Counted from the stretch's first letter, positions 33,724-44,431 are shown. The stretch is 64,000 bases of DNA from Gammaproteobacteria bacterium (GCA_050298595.1 JBNKUM010000089.1:13299-77298); one strand, 5' to 3'. Notes: a model not told the origin generated them from the letters alone. Numbers and translations: made by a program.

Positions 33724-34628
33724 TGAACAACCTGCTGACCTACCTGAAGCTGCTGGGTGCGGTACTTGCCTGGGGCGGTACCTTTATTGCTGCCAAGTAT
33801 GCTGTTATCGATGCATCGATTGAAGTCAGTGCCCTTCTACGTTTTACTGTAGCTTCGGTAGTTTTACTGCTTATACTCAGACTGCAGCTGGGCCGATTGC
33901 CCAGTTTAAATTCTCAGCAACTGTTTTATATCACACTACTAGGATTAACCGGTGTAGCTTTATACAACCTGTTTTTCTTTTTCGGCCTACAAACCGTTGA
34001 AGCTGGCCGGGGCGCTTTAATCATCACCTCCAATCCACTGTGGGTTGCATTGGGTTCGGTATGGTTTTTTCACCAACGTTTCAGGTTTATCAATATTGCA
34101 GGGCTGATGATCTGCAGCCTGGGGGTTGCTATTGTTTTATCACGTGGGCAACTTGCGGTACTGTTTTCTCAGGGCGTGGCACTGGGGGAACTTTCTCTAC
34201 TTGGCTGTGCATTATCGTGGGCTGCCTATACCCTACTCGGTAAAAAACTGATGAACTCATCCAGCCCATTACAACCTTTGGCCTTAGTGACCTATTCCTG
34301 CGTCAGCGGTAGCCTGTTATTACTGCTGTGGATTGTTTTATCTGGACACCCGCTACGTATCCATAATAACACCGTCAATCTGTGGGGCTCGATATCCTAC
34401 CTGTCGTTGCTGGGTACAGTCGCGGGATTTGTCTGGTTTTTCCAGGGGGTGCAGAAAATAGGTGCGGCACAGGCTGCTGTGTTTGTGTTCTTTGTCCCTG
34501 TGAGCGCTATACTACTCGGATTCCTGATTTTGAATGAAGCGATTACTTTGTCACTTTTTATCGGTGCGGTACTCATTATAAGCGGGGTTGCGATGGTTAA
34601 TAAACCAGCAAAATATCAGGCGCTTTGA
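33723..34628 (+). CDS. DMT/EamA family transporter
   Basis: About 10 TM segments, WGGTFIAAK, two EamA repeats. Confidence 0.9.
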   Translation: MNNLLTYLKLLGAVLAWGGTFIAAKYAVIDASIEVSALLRFTVASVVLLLILRLQLGRLPSLNSQQLFYITLLGLTGVALYNLFFFFGLQTVEAGRGALIITSNPLWVALGSVWFFHQRFRFINIAGLMICSLGVAIVLSRGQLAVLFSQGVALGELSLLGCALSWAAYTLLGKKLMNSSSPLQPLALVTYSCVSGSLLLLLWIVLSGHPLRIHNNTVNLWGSISYLSLLGTVAGFVWFFQGVQKIGAAQAAVFVFFVPVSAILLGFLILNEAITLSLFIGAVLIISGVAMVNKPAKYQAL

Positions 34629-34696
34629 TTTTAAAAAATTAAATCTGATCCAGGGTGACTCGAACCCTGGTATAAGCTGGTATAAATGTTTAAAGA

Positions 34697-34720
34697 AGTC
34701 AGAGCATATTTGCTCTGACT
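34697..34720. terminator. Hairpin between the convergent DMT and hemerythrin genes
   Basis: agtcagagca-tatt-tgctctgact. Confidence 0.6.
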
Positions 34721-34753
34721 CCGTTTTACAACTAATACATACTAACTCTTATA

Positions 34754-35149
34754 TCAACTGCTCAAGACAGGACCATATTTTCTATCGATGACAGGGATAT
34801 GGTTATCCAGCCAATCCTTGATAAAAGTCATGGTATCCGCTCCGATTTCTGCTTCGTTCGCATGAAACTTCTCCTGCAAATCGGCGCAGGTATTAACGAG
34901 ATCCGCGTGTACTTCCTTGTGTTTATCTAGATCGACATAGCCTTTTTCCTCCATTTGGCGCTCTTCATCCTGAAAATGCTTCACTACATATTCGATCAGA
35001 CTATCAAGGCAACTGCCAATCACTGGCCGCTCACCTTGTGAAACTGCCGAATTCAATGCATTTACCCGTTTAAATAACTCCTGATGTTGCTCATCAAAAA
35101 ATGCTACAGATGTGCCATAGTCTTCCTGTGTCCACTTCATTAATGTCAT
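34754..35149 (-). CDS. Single-domain bacteriohemerythrin
   Basis: DEQHQEL, HFQDEE, HKEVH and HIPVID di-iron ligands; RBS GAGG before ATG 35149. Confidence 0.92.
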   Translation of the reverse strand: MTLMKWTQEDYGTSVAFFDEQHQELFKRVNALNSAVSQGERPVIGSCLDSLIEYVVKHFQDEERQMEEKGYVDLDKHKEVHADLVNTCADLQEKFHANEAEIGADTMTFIKDWLDNHIPVIDRKYGPVLSS

Positions 35150-36036
35150 GTTATTTCCTCTTTTTATGAGTTTCCTTATGTAATATCCATTTTTGCAAAC
35201 GTGAATCGACATAAATTCATCGCCTATCCTGTTCTCCAATGGGTCGCTTTCCCAATAGATACGTAACGGCTGTTCACACGTACCAAAACCCCAGGGGGGT
35301 CAGAAAATAGCGCACAGTCAACTACTGGTAAAGGAACTATTTAACAAATTCTATCGAGATATTCACATTAAAACCCTGGAGCTTGTCTTTTGAGTAAGCT
35401 AAAAAAATTTAAGCGGAAGACTTCGACACCTTTTCGATATCTCATTCTATACACTCAAAGGCTTCCCCGTCTAAACACAAACGCCTAAAGCAGAATTAAA
35501 AAAAGCCCTCAACGATAAATTCAAACTTGCCTCAAAGGTTTATAAAGCCCCCTCTCGGTTGTCACTATTGAGGCAAAGACCGGAACCGGATCTGTATTTT
35601 TTATTATCAATGATGACTTTATAATCACCAATAAACACGTAGTCAGACCCATCACATCAATACATAATGAAGATCAGAATCTGGCACTACTTAAAAGGGA
35701 CAATGACACAACACCAGCGCTGAAATAAAAAAAACATCCTCTTCTCAGGGTGCATTAGTATTTACCATTAGAAGTCCATTAGGTATTTCAGATTCTTTAA
35801 CCACGGGCATCATTACCAAGCCCGATTTAGATCATCTAATCACCGACACATAAATCCTGCACGGTAGTAGCGAAGAGCCACTAATCAATGCCGATAGTAT
35901 TGTACCTGGTGTGAATATCGCTATCGTGTCAAAAATAGTTTACGAAACAGCGGGTTAGTCTCTAACGCGAGAGGTCAACTGCGGAATCTATGTTCAAGCA
36001 TTAAACATCGGATTAAAACTCTTTACTACAGGCTTT

Positions 36037-36312
36037 TCAGGAAACACGAATCCTGACCACTTTCATCGTTTCAAATTCTATGCCGGCGATTAACTCAGCT
36101 TGCGGGTAGTAGGTTAAATTCACTGTCGCTCCCGTTAGATTTTTGTAACGTTTTTTTCGCTTGTATTTGAACGGGACTTCACAATTTTCAATCATTATCG
36201 TATTAATAAACCACTCCCCACTTTGACGTTGTACATGAGAAGTCACTTTCATCATATCCGAGTGGATCAGCTGCGGGTTCTTCTTAAGTAGCTTATCAAC
36301 CTGGGACTTCAT
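36037..36312 (-). CDS. Small basic hypothetical protein
   Basis: 91-aa ORF with ATG and plausible RBS; no motif recognised. Confidence 0.65.
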   Translation of the reverse strand: MKSQVDKLLKKNPQLIHSDMMKVTSHVQRQSGEWFINTIMIENCEVPFKYKRKKRYKNLTGATVNLTYYPQAELIAGIEFETMKVVRIRVS

Positions 36313-36509
36313 CGTTGTTAATTCTCTAATATTTGTTAATTGATCATCTGACTGCTACAGTCCTCATCTTACTGGCCCACTAAGATGACACTATACTCGC
36401 TGAGTAAAAGCTCAATAGCAACCCGATAATGAACAGATTTTATTCCATGCTCTGTAGCATGATTTTCCTTGCTTGACTTGAAAAAGGTGGCACTTCATAG
36501 TCGCGCAGC

Positions 36510-37652
36510 ATGAATGATAATAATTCTACATTGGAGCCAGAACCAGGCCTGAGTCTTGACGTGCGCGTCAGGGCTGACCGCCTGCAGCTATTATATCACC
36601 AGTCATTTCCTGCGGTCTTCACCAGCCTTATTGTGGCATTGCTGTTATTCTCGATATTGTGGGGACATGTGCGGAATGAACTGCTAATTGGCTGGATGAT
36701 TTGCATCGTAATCTCTGTTGCTATCCGATTCCTGCTGTTTTGGGAATTTCGACGCCGCAAACCCGACAGCTTACAGATTCTGGACTGGCAACTCCCCTAT
36801 GCAGTCACGCTGTTTATCTCCTCTCTGGTATGGGGACTGGGTGTATTATGGATCATGACCGAGAATGAGCTGCTGTATCAGGTTATAGCTTTTATCTTCC
36901 TGCTTGGCATGGCAGGTGGCGCTATCTCTCTCTATTCCGCTCACCGTGTCATGGCGATTGGTGCGATGCTCAGTGTATTACTCCCAGCCACACTCTGGCT
37001 ATTGTTTCAGTGGCAAATACCTGAAGTCAACCTGAGCCTGGCGGCGATATTATTTATGGGCGTATTAATACGCACCAGTAATGTGTTGTCTTCCGCTTTA
37101 AGCAGCAACTTCAGATTAGCGCATCGACTTGCCATCGCCAAACAGAGCGCTGAGCAGCTTGCCCAGACCGACTTTCTGACTGGACTGGATAACCGTCGAG
37201 CTTTCTTTGAGCACGGACAGGTGTTAAGTAATTATTGCGAACGCAACCAGCTTGCGCTCAGCGTTATCATGATGGACGCTGATCATTTCAAACAAATCAA
37301 TGACCGTTACGGTCATGCTGCTGGCGATACCGTATTACTGCAGCTGGCCAAGCTGTTAAAAAACACCCTGCGAAAATCCGATGTATGTGGGCGTATGGGA
37401 GGCGAGGAATTCGCCATACTTTTGCCCGATACTTCACTTAGTGAAGCTGCAGCTCTGGCGGATAGATTTTGTCAGCTGTATGCATCAACGCCTGCCAACA
37501 TCAATGGGCAGGTAGTGACTAATACGGTCAGTATCGGTGTAGCTCATGACGGATACGATATCGACCACCTGTTACATTGTGCAGACCAGGCACTTTACCA
37601 GGCTAAGTCAGCAGGTCGTAACCGGGTAGTTTCTGCGGTTTGTAAGGCCTAG
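36510..37652 (+). CDS. Membrane-bound diguanylate cyclase
   Basis: N-terminal TM helices; DFLTGLDNRR, DADHFKQINDRYGH, RKSD I-site, GGEEF. Confidence 0.93.
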   Translation: MNDNNSTLEPEPGLSLDVRVRADRLQLLYHQSFPAVFTSLIVALLLFSILWGHVRNELLIGWMICIVISVAIRFLLFWEFRRRKPDSLQILDWQLPYAVTLFISSLVWGLGVLWIMTENELLYQVIAFIFLLGMAGGAISLYSAHRVMAIGAMLSVLLPATLWLLFQWQIPEVNLSLAAILFMGVLIRTSNVLSSALSSNFRLAHRLAIAKQSAEQLAQTDFLTGLDNRRAFFEHGQVLSNYCERNQLALSVIMMDADHFKQINDRYGHAAGDTVLLQLAKLLKNTLRKSDVCGRMGGEEFAILLPDTSLSEAAALADRFCQLYASTPANINGQVVTNTVSIGVAHDGYDIDHLLHCADQALYQAKSAGRNRVVSAVCKA

Positions 37653-37778
37653 AAACAGTCTGTAACTTAGTTTGCAAATAGAGCTGTTTCATCAGATATG
37701 TTTTCTTCGTGTTCTCGGTTACCACTCGGCTCAGGCATCCTGCCTTAATCTGTGTCCTTCGTCGTTAATTAACTGAGT

Positions 37779-38015
37779 TCACTTAAGCTTGGAAGCCCAA
37801 ATAGCCAGCTTATGCCGCATGGTGACCTGAGATACATCGATTTCTGGAATGGGCTGGATGACCTTGTCATGAACCAGCAACCGGTAGATATACTCTATTT
37901 TTTCATTGGCTGAGTCGGTGGCTTCGAACTCCACTACACCTCTACCTTCTCCGTATTTAATCCCTTCTTCAATCGCCTTTTTAATCAGCTCTTTTTCATT
38001 CTTGAGTTTTTTCAT
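37779..38015 (-). CDS. Small conserved hypothetical protein (DUF5062-like)
   Basis: MKKLKNEKELIKKAI...YRLLVHDKVIQP...HKLAIW; family name from recall. Confidence 0.7.
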   Translation of the reverse strand: MKKLKNEKELIKKAIEEGIKYGEGRGVVEFEATDSANEKIEYIYRLLVHDKVIQPIPEIDVSQVTMRHKLAIWASKLK

Positions 38016-38100
38016 GCCGGACCTTTCTTGCCTTAAGCGGATGCCGACTAGATTAGTCGCTGCTCTTCGCGCGGTCAATCACCGGACAATGTAAGGACTC

Positions 38101-39477
38101 TTAAGCACATATTTGCTGATACATTTGCATGGCACTGGAAGACTCCTTGCCGGTTAAAATGAAACCAACCAGCTTGCCTTCAGACAGGTACTCAATATGC
38201 TGATCGTTCACATCTCTGCGCTCCAGCGCACTTTGATCCAGAGTATTTGGCAGACATATAGTAAGTGGAAAACTCGGTGTTTTCACGCGCACCAGAGGAG
38301 ATACTGACTGAAAAGGTACAACATTCCCTTTCAGCTGAGCTGCAATAGTTTCAGCCTGCCGACGTATGGGCTCTATGTACGCAAATATCTGACCATCAAC
38401 CTCTGCACAATCTCCAATTGCATACACATCGGCAACTGAACTACGCATCAGGTGATCGGTGATAATACCCTTACCTACTACCAGCCCGGCTTTTTCGGCC
38501 AGTTGTGTATTGGCCTGTAAGCCCGCAGCCGACAACACCAGATCGGTTTCCAGTGCCGTTCCGTCAGCAAGAACGGCTCGTAAACGGTCAGCATTGTGCT
38601 CTACCTGATCCAGCGTAGTACCCAGATGCCAGTCAACACCTCTTTGCTGAAGCTGGGCCTTTAATTGCTGTGATACATCATTCGGTAGCAAACTGGGCAT
38701 TGCGTGATCACCAGGTTCGATCACACTAACCTTGTAACCTGCTGATGACAAATCTTCGGCAAATTCACAGCCGATAAGGCCTGCGCCCAGAATGGTGACA
38801 TGTCGAACACCTTCATCCAGACGTTTACGTAATTTTTTATACGCCATCAGGTCATTAACACTGACAACGCTTTGGGCGGCATCACCCGCTATGGGTATGT
38901 GACGCTGATGCGCGCCCATGGCGAGAATTAAATGGCCATACTGAATGCCACCTTTTGATGTGGTAATACGCTTTTTCTGCGTATCTATCTTGATCACTCG
39001 GGTTTCGGTTCTCACATCGATATTTAACGATTCAGCTTTGCTGGCCGCATCCATATCGGATAGATCTTCTACTGTTTTACCTTTTGCCAGCGCTGTAGAC
39101 AACGCCGGTTTTGGGTAAATGATGCCTTCGCAGGCTGATACTAAAAGCACAGGCGTTTGCTGGTCCAGTTTACGCACGGCCTCTGCCACCGACCAGCCAC
39201 CGATGCCTGAACCAATAATAACGATGGCATCTTCACTACCTCGACTCGTTTTCTTAGCTGCCGATTTGACAACCTTACTCACAGCAGCCATTACCGGGGC
39301 ATCCGGTAACAGACGTAAATCACTTTTAGTCAGACCACATAATGGGCACTCCCAGTCATCAGGGATATCCTCAAAGCGCGTTCCAGCTATTAGTCCCGAA
39401 TCCGGATCCCCGACGGCTTCATCATAGATAAACCCACAGGCATCGCACACATAACGTTTAAAGTCTGACACAGTCAT
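38101..39477 (-). CDS. Rubredoxin fused to an NAD(P)H:rubredoxin reductase-like flavoprotein
   Basis: CDACG...[10 protein letters not shown] rubredoxin, then [20 protein letters not shown] and YAIGDCA. Confidence 0.92.
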   Translation of the reverse strand: MTVSDFKRYVCDACGFIYDEAVGDPDSGLIAGTRFEDIPDDWECPLCGLTKSDLRLLPDAPVMAAVSKVVKSAAKKTSRGSEDAIVIIGSGIGGWSVAEAVRKLDQQTPVLLVSACEGIIYPKPALSTALAKGKTVEDLSDMDAASKAESLNIDVRTETRVIKIDTQKKRITTSKGGIQYGHLILAMGAHQRHIPIAGDAAQSVVSVNDLMAYKKLRKRLDEGVRHVTILGAGLIGCEFAEDLSSAGYKVSVIEPGDHAMPSLLPNDVSQQLKAQLQQRGVDWHLGTTLDQVEHNADRLRAVLADGTALETDLVLSAAGLQANTQLAEKAGLVVGKGIITDHLMRSSVADVYAIGDCAEVDGQIFAYIEPIRRQAETIAAQLKGNVVPFQSVSPLVRVKTPSFPLTICLPNTLDQSALERRDVNDQHIEYLSEGKLVGFILTGKESSSAMQMYQQICA

Positions 39478-39480
39478 TAT

Positions 39481-39861
39481 CTAGCCCTCATCTACCGAGT
39501 TAATGATATTGCTAAAAATTTCATCCAGTTCCTGACCGATAGCTTCAAGCTCTGGCGAATTAAATGGTGTAAATACTTCTCCAGGCATACGGCAGGCAAC
39601 GATGACGTCTTCATCCTGCTCATAAACATGGATTCGCAAAGGAATATCATGCCCTGCTGGCTTGCAGGCTTGCCACACTCGAATGGCAAAATCGGGCCTG
39701 AATACTTCCAGGATTTGGTCAGCGGGTACGGTTTTACCCATTTTGGCTGCATTGGCCTGACCATTAATATGCGCGACGACACGCATGTTGTTTTGTTCAA
39801 TGGCAGCAAGCAAGGTTTCTACAGTTTGCTCCGCTGACAGATTGGATTTGATTTGTTTCAT
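39481..39861 (-). CDS. DUF302 family protein
   Basis: VVAHINGQANA...LEVFRP...PLRIHVYE pattern. Confidence 0.8.
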   Translation of the reverse strand: MKQIKSNLSAEQTVETLLAAIEQNNMRVVAHINGQANAAKMGKTVPADQILEVFRPDFAIRVWQACKPAGHDIPLRIHVYEQDEDVIVACRMPGEVFTPFNSPELEAIGQELDEIFSNIINSVDEG

Positions 39862-39910
39862 CGCATTCTCTTTTATAGAGTGAGGGGCTTAACGCCCCTC
39901 GTGATTAGGA

Positions 39911-41044
39911 TCAGGCTGCGACTGCTACGGTGTCGAGTTCTTTACGCAGATGTTTGATTGCCGGTGTTACGATGGCAATAAAATATGACTCACGTAGTTT
40001 CCTCTGTGCAGGAGCTTCCTTCAGATAACCCTTTGCACCCGTGTGCATCATAGCTGACTGAGAAGCCCGAATGGCCAGTTCACCGGCAGCCAGACGCAGT
40101 TGCAAAATCTCGCGGAAAAACTCATCCGAGGTTTCGAAAGGATCCTCAGCCAGTGCCAGAGTAGCCTCAACAGCGTCATCCAGCTCTTCCTGAAGTTCAT
40201 CAGGTCTATCTTCAAGATAACAGTTAACGTGACCTAACAGTGGCTCTACTTCACGGCTGATATCGATACAGGATTGAATATTGCCAACGCCCATACCAAA
40301 TTGCAGCAATACCATACCGGCACGAATGCGTTTCAGGAATGCTGCACCATCGTGATCAATAATCATTGAGTCTGGAATAAATACATTGTCAAAGATACAG
40401 GCAAAGGTTCTGGTGCCTTCCAATGCGGTAAAATGCGCGGAAAGTCTGAGTGTAAAACCCTCCGTTGAACAATCTACCAGCGCCATTACCGAGCGACCAT
40501 TTGCACCTTCCAGTTCGAATAAGGTACCAAAGACGTGGTTTTCTCCCAGATTAGATACCCAGGGCAGAGAACCGTTGACGATATATCCACCGTCAACTTT
40601 CTTACCTTTCAGACGTAGAGGCTCGATACCGGCAAATGCCTTCATAGTATTCGACATACCGGTACCAGCGAGTACCTCACCGCTGGAAACCTTTGGTAAC
40701 CAGATGTCACGTACCTCTGAATTTTCTGCATTTTGCAGATACCATCCACAGGTATCCTGACACCACATGGTAAACCCGGTCGACAGGCATTCATGCGAAA
40801 CGGTAGCCATCGCCAGAATAGCTGCTCCCATATCATGAGCGCCATCTGGGCGTGCAAAAGGCAGGTGCTGTTTAAAAGCACCGATGGGGCCAAGTTGACG
40901 CAGGATTTCTTCAGGATAATAACCTTCAATATCAATCTTGTTGGTTAATGGCTTTAAGCTGGTATCGACAATCTGCTGTGTCGCGACTATTAATTCATCG
41001 ACAGATAACAGCTCGTCGATCTTTTTCATTGAGGTTTCGCTCAT
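39911..41044 (-). CDS. Acyl-CoA dehydrogenase-fold flavoprotein (possible monooxygenase)
   Basis: GGYIVNGSLPWVSN, HTGAKGY, RKLRESYFIAIVTPAIKHL; divergent from canonical ACADs. Confidence 0.8.
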   Translation of the reverse strand: MSETSMKKIDELLSVDELIVATQQIVDTSLKPLTNKIDIEGYYPEEILRQLGPIGAFKQHLPFARPDGAHDMGAAILAMATVSHECLSTGFTMWCQDTCGWYLQNAENSEVRDIWLPKVSSGEVLAGTGMSNTMKAFAGIEPLRLKGKKVDGGYIVNGSLPWVSNLGENHVFGTLFELEGANGRSVMALVDCSTEGFTLRLSAHFTALEGTRTFACIFDNVFIPDSMIIDHDGAAFLKRIRAGMVLLQFGMGVGNIQSCIDISREVEPLLGHVNCYLEDRPDELQEELDDAVEATLALAEDPFETSDEFFREILQLRLAAGELAIRASQSAMMHTGAKGYLKEAPAQRKLRESYFIAIVTPAIKHLRKELDTVAVAA

Positions 41045-41070
41045 AGCTATGGCTCCTTTAAAACCGACAA

Positions 41071-41619
41071 TTAAGCAGGTTGAACTTCCAGCGCTACATT
41101 GTTACGTAGTGTATTCGCAACTGGAGACCAGACATTTGAATGGGCAATGATTTCATCGATCTGCTCTTTGCTGGCATCTCCTTCTGCATCAATCTTCACA
41201 CGCACTGCTGAAAAACCCAGAGTCTTGGCTTCATCCAGATCTCCAGTTCCCCATACGGCGGTAACATTAATATCGCCTTCCAGTTCTAATTCCAGCTTGC
41301 TTAGCTTAATACCACGAGCTGTTGCATTGGCATGCACACCTACTGCAAGACAGGCTCCCAGAGTAGCCAGTACCGCTTCTGATGGATTGGGTGCATTATT
41401 TTCACCTAGCAGATGAGGAGGCTCATCAATCAACATAGGCTCAAGGTCACGGACATAGGTTTGCATACGAAACTGACCTTCACATACGGTCTTTGCCTTC
41501 AGAGTCACTACTGATTCCGGATTAGCCTTACCTTTTTCACCCAGTTCTTTTAGACCTTCGCTATCCAGTGGACGCAGGCAGCTCATATTTTTTGCAATTG
41601 TTTGTTGATTTACACTCAT
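41071..41619 (-). CDS. OsmC/Ohr-like protein
   Basis: DEPPHLLGENNAPNPSEAVLATLGACL; the usual second Cys-Pro appears as WSPV. Confidence 0.85.
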   Translation of the reverse strand: MSVNQQTIAKNMSCLRPLDSEGLKELGEKGKANPESVVTLKAKTVCEGQFRMQTYVRDLEPMLIDEPPHLLGENNAPNPSEAVLATLGACLAVGVHANATARGIKLSKLELELEGDINVTAVWGTGDLDEAKTLGFSAVRVKIDAEGDASKEQIDEIIAHSNVWSPVANTLRNNVALEVQPA

Positions 41620-41662
41620 GTTAATTCTCCAAATGGTTATTAGTTAAACATACTGGAGATAT

Positions 41663-41678
41663 TGCAACGGTCGAGCCA
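41663..41678 (-). promoter_or_regulatory. Sigma54 -24/-12 promoter of the osmC-like operon
   Basis: Minus strand TGGCTC-GACCG-TTGCA (GG-N10-GC). Confidence 0.85.
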
Positions 41679-41752
41679 TATGATGAATAATCCTGTTAAA
41701 TCAATCACTTATATAAAATACAAGGATCACTCATCAGCCACAACAAAACTCT

Positions 41753-41766
41753 TTGTCGACATTGTC
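41753..41766. promoter_or_regulatory. Putative activator binding site TTGTCGACATTGTC
   Basis: About 75-90 bp upstream of the sigma54 promoter; recurs at 43439 and 46640. Confidence 0.7.
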
Positions 41767-41808
41767 CATTGCTTACGAACACTTTGTCATCAATGTCACT
41801 GGACAATG

Positions 41809-43428
41809 TCAAACGTCCAGCTTCAATTTCTTAATCCGATAGCGGAACTGGCGCGGCGTCATACCCAGACTCATTGCTGCACGCGTCTTATTACCCTGCT
41901 GCTGCGCCAGAGCCTGCAGGATTTGCTCGGACTCATCCTCTCTCACCCTTAAATAGGGTCGCAATCCATCAGTTGCCATAGAGCCTGGATTGAAATCTAC
42001 TACAGGCATTGTGGTCTCTGAATTTATTGCTTGCGGCTGCTCTGTAACATCCTGTATCTCTGGCGAATTTACACCCACCTCATCATCCAGAACCTGTTTT
42101 ATCAGTTCCTGTGATATCTGACTATCTACACATAACAACACTGCCCGTTTAACCAGATTTTCAAGCTGCCTGATATTGCCCGGCCATGGGTACTGCTCCA
42201 TAATTCTTAAGGCACCGGTAGTAAAACTCTGCTGGCGACCATATTCTTCATTGGCCAGGTTCAGAAAAAACCGACACAGTATAGGGACGTCTCCTCTGCG
42301 CGCGCGCAGTGGCGGCAAACGGATAGGGAAAACATTCAGACGATAGAAAAGGTCGAGTCGAAAGCGGTTTTCATTCACCGCTTCCTGCAGGTTTTTATGC
42401 GTGGCAGCCAGTATTCTGACATCAACATTAATATCCTTACTGCCCCCCACCCTTTGTATTACCTTATACTCCAGCACCTTGAGCAACTTGGCCTGTAGAT
42501 CAAGATCCATATCGCCAATTTCGTCCAGAAATAAGGTGCCGCCAGAGGCCAGTTCTATCTTGCCCTGCTTGGTACTGACCGCACCTGTGAAGGCACCTTT
42601 CTCATGACCAAACAACTCTGATTCGATCAATGCTGACGGGATAGCTGCGCAATTAATACTGACAAAGGGCCCCTGAGCTCTTTTACTCGCCAGATGCTGC
42701 ATACGCGCAAACCTTTCCTTACCGGTACCCGACTCACCCAATAACAGTACGGTGGTATTGGTATCAGCGACCTGTAATGCCTGCTGTATTGATTGATGTA
42801 AGGCAGGGCTCTGACCCATAATCCCGAACTGAGCGCCTTTACTTTCCAGTGTATTTTTTAATAACAGGTTTTCAGACATTAACTGAGCCGTACGTTCTGA
42901 AATCAGCTCATTGATCACCAGCACCTGCGCAATAAAGGTGGCCATCACCTGCAGCAAAGCAAGGTCTCTGGCGAAGGGTCTTTCTCTGACACGCAATCGA
43001 TGCAAGGCAAGCACACCAATCGGGGACTCATCTGCGATGATAGGTACTGCCATATAGGAAACGACTTCATCGGGTAAGGTACTACGATCAACGGCTCTAG
43101 CAAGATAGGTTGGCTCTTCGTCAATATTCTGAATCAACGCAATCTGACCCGTTTTATACACCTTGCCGGTGACTCCTTCTCCGAACTGATAGCTCCCTCG
43201 ATCACGCTCGTCTTTGGTCAATCCATAAGAGTACTGGATTACCAGGCTACCGTTTTCAAGATCAGGCAGTAATACGCGCCCCCGGTTTAAACCGAGCAAT
43301 TGGGAAAGCAATCTTAATATGCCCTGGATGGCAGGGCCTGGTTCTACGTATTTGGTTATTAGCTTGGATGCTTCATGTACAACCAGCAATTCTGATTCAA
43401 GAATGGATGACTCACTACTCAGATCCAT
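41809..43428 (-). CDS. NifA-like sigma54 activator (GAF-AAA+-HTH)
   Basis: GAF domain, GESGTGKE, ESELFGHEKGAFTGA, WPGNIRQLEN, C-terminal HTH; AGGAG RBS before ATG 43428. Confidence 0.92.
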   Translation of the reverse strand: MDLSSESSILESELLVVHEASKLITKYVEPGPAIQGILRLLSQLLGLNRGRVLLPDLENGSLVIQYSYGLTKDERDRGSYQFGEGVTGKVYKTGQIALIQNIDEEPTYLARAVDRSTLPDEVVSYMAVPIIADESPIGVLALHRLRVRERPFARDLALLQVMATFIAQVLVINELISERTAQLMSENLLLKNTLESKGAQFGIMGQSPALHQSIQQALQVADTNTTVLLLGESGTGKERFARMQHLASKRAQGPFVSINCAAIPSALIESELFGHEKGAFTGAVSTKQGKIELASGGTLFLDEIGDMDLDLQAKLLKVLEYKVIQRVGGSKDINVDVRILAATHKNLQEAVNENRFRLDLFYRLNVFPIRLPPLRARRGDVPILCRFFLNLANEEYGRQQSFTTGALRIMEQYPWPGNIRQLENLVKRAVLLCVDSQISQELIKQVLDDEVGVNSPEIQDVTEQPQAINSETTMPVVDFNPGSMATDGLRPYLRVREDESEQILQALAQQQGNKTRAAMSLGMTPRQFRYRIKKLKLDV

Positions 43429-43438
43429 AACTACTCCT

Positions 43439-43452
43439 GACAATGTCGACAA
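43439..43452. promoter_or_regulatory. Putative operator next to the activator RBS
   Basis: GACAATGTCGACAA, the exact reverse complement of 41753-41766. Confidence 0.7.
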
Positions 43453-43588
43453 TGGAGTCAGTATGCTGATTAGCGATAGAGAATCTAATTTTTGCTAAGG
43501 CTCAGACAATCCTCACAAGCCTGGTGCATTAAAAGCAGTTAGCGCACCATGCTAGCGCACTAACTGCCCCAAAACGAACCTCCCAGGC

Positions 43589-44431
43589 TTAGTCCTGATT
43601 ATGCCAACTGAAACGCTTTATAAAGCTGACACAGATTGCATCGAGAAAAAATCCAATAACCCCGATGATCACCACCATGGCTGCCAGAGTATCGTATTCC
43701 AGTGTATCTCGTGCATCATTGATCGCATAACCTAATCCGCTGGTTACTCCCAGATATTCAGCAGGAACCAACACTATCCAGGCAACACCAACAGCCAGAC
43801 GAATACCGGCAAATACATCCTGACCTATGGCTGGCAATATAATACGCCAGAGCATCTGTGTACCACCAGCGCCCAGGTTTTTCGCCACCTTGAACCATAA
43901 TGGATCGATGCGACGAACGCCCTGTGCCGTTGAAAAAACAATGGGCCAAATTGCCGCAATGGCGATCAGAAAAACGATTGCACTATCCCAGGTGGCAAAG
44001 GCCATTACCGCAATAGGCATCCACGCTAGTGGAGAGATCATTCTCAGAAACTGAAAAGGCACATGTGTCAACTCACGCATACGGGCAAACAAGCCGATAG
44101 CTACACCAACTGGCACTCCGATCATCACAGCCCACAAAAGCCCATTACCTATTCTTTGCAAACTGGGTACAGAGGCTTCGATCATATATCCGCTAGTAAC
44201 CAGATCAATCAGGCGACTAAAGGCCGGGCCTGGAGCAAAGTCCGCAAATGATTCGGTATCAGGGTTGTTAGCTATAATCCAGCCACCCAACCACCACAGA
44301 CTCAGCATTATCAGAATACCTGCTGCTGGATAACCCAGGCGGCTCACTAAGAACTCTCCAATACGCGGCCAGTTTATTCCCATTTCAGATTTGCTCGTTT
44401 CAAAAGTCATTACGGACTGTGGTGTACTCAT
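43589..44431 (-). CDS. NitT/TauT-family ABC permease
   Basis: FLRMISPLAWMP, WIVLVPAEYLG. Confidence 0.92.
   Translation of the reverse strand: MSTPQSVMTFETSKSEMGINWPRIGEFLVSRLGYPAAGILIMLSLWWLGGWIIANNPDTESFADFAPGPAFSRLIDLVTSGYMIEASVPSLQRIGNGLLWAVMIGVPVGVAIGLFARMRELTHVPFQFLRMISPLAWMPIAVMAFATWDSAIVFLIAIAAIWPIVFSTAQGVRRIDPLWFKVAKNLGAGGTQMLWRIILPAIGQDVFAGIRLAVGVAWIVLVPAEYLGVTSGLGYAINDARDTLEYDTLAAMVVIIGVIGFFLDAICVSFIKRFSWHNQD

Noticed and set aside
41809-43428. True nifA / nitrogen fixation
   Set aside because: No nif structural genes nearby, and the associated motif is not TGT-N10-ACA.
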